Source of the DNA: a virus
IMG/VR virus record: IMGVR_UViG_3300027973_000003
Location: 2,665 to 66,664 of that record
Reading direction: 5' to 3' (one strand)
Length of the DNA stretch: 64,000 nucleotides
How positions within the stretch are numbered: position 1 is the first letter of the stretch; every line of letters begins with the position of its first letter. Made by a program: the position numbers and the translations under genes. Positions 63,999 to 64,000 of the stretch are shown piece by piece. The notes beneath the pieces were generated by a model. It did not search any database. It had not been told where the DNA came from and was given only the letters and a program-made list of their open reading frames with translations.

Positions 63999-64000
63999 TA

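Noticed and set aside
1-64000. Stop-codon reassignment or introns/inteins in TerL, PolA or the helicase
   Set aside because: Genes are full length and densely packed under the standard code, and core enzymes have normal sizes with contiguous motifs.

Overview
This window is an apparently near-complete, circularly permuted tailed dsDNA phage genome with podovirus-like architecture and roughly 40-45% GC by eye. No integrase, tRNA or CRISPR array was seen. It has two divergent arms. The minus-strand late arm starts near 21.6 kb and runs through terminase, portal, GroES, scaffold, a Mu gpT-like major capsid, small basic proteins, adaptors and tail fibres. It wraps through the window edge into more fibres, a radical SAM/oxygenase cassette, lysis genes and ejection proteins, and ends at 43.16 kb. 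The plus-strand early/middle arm (22.1-43.1 kb) carries small early genes, MoxR AAA plus VWA, PolA, a Cas4-like nuclease, a SNF2 helicase and a primase-helicase. Three signals stand out. (1) A 13-bp palindrome, CTAACAWTGTTAG, occurs as 15 perfect and 4 one-mismatch copies, only between 21.97 and 32.13 kb. The same interval lacks GATC, GGCC and GTAC and contains an origin-like iteron/IHF element. (2) A RiPP-like modification cassette (radical SAM-SPASM enzyme, an Asn-Cys-repeat fibre-tip-like protein and two 2OG-Fe(II) oxygenases) sits inside the tail module. (3) There are several candidate structured RNAs, including a putative anti-Shine-Dalgarno sRNA. All motif counts were made by manual reading and product calls rest on recognisable motifs, not database searches. 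The host is tentatively a PHA-producing betaproteobacterium (inference).
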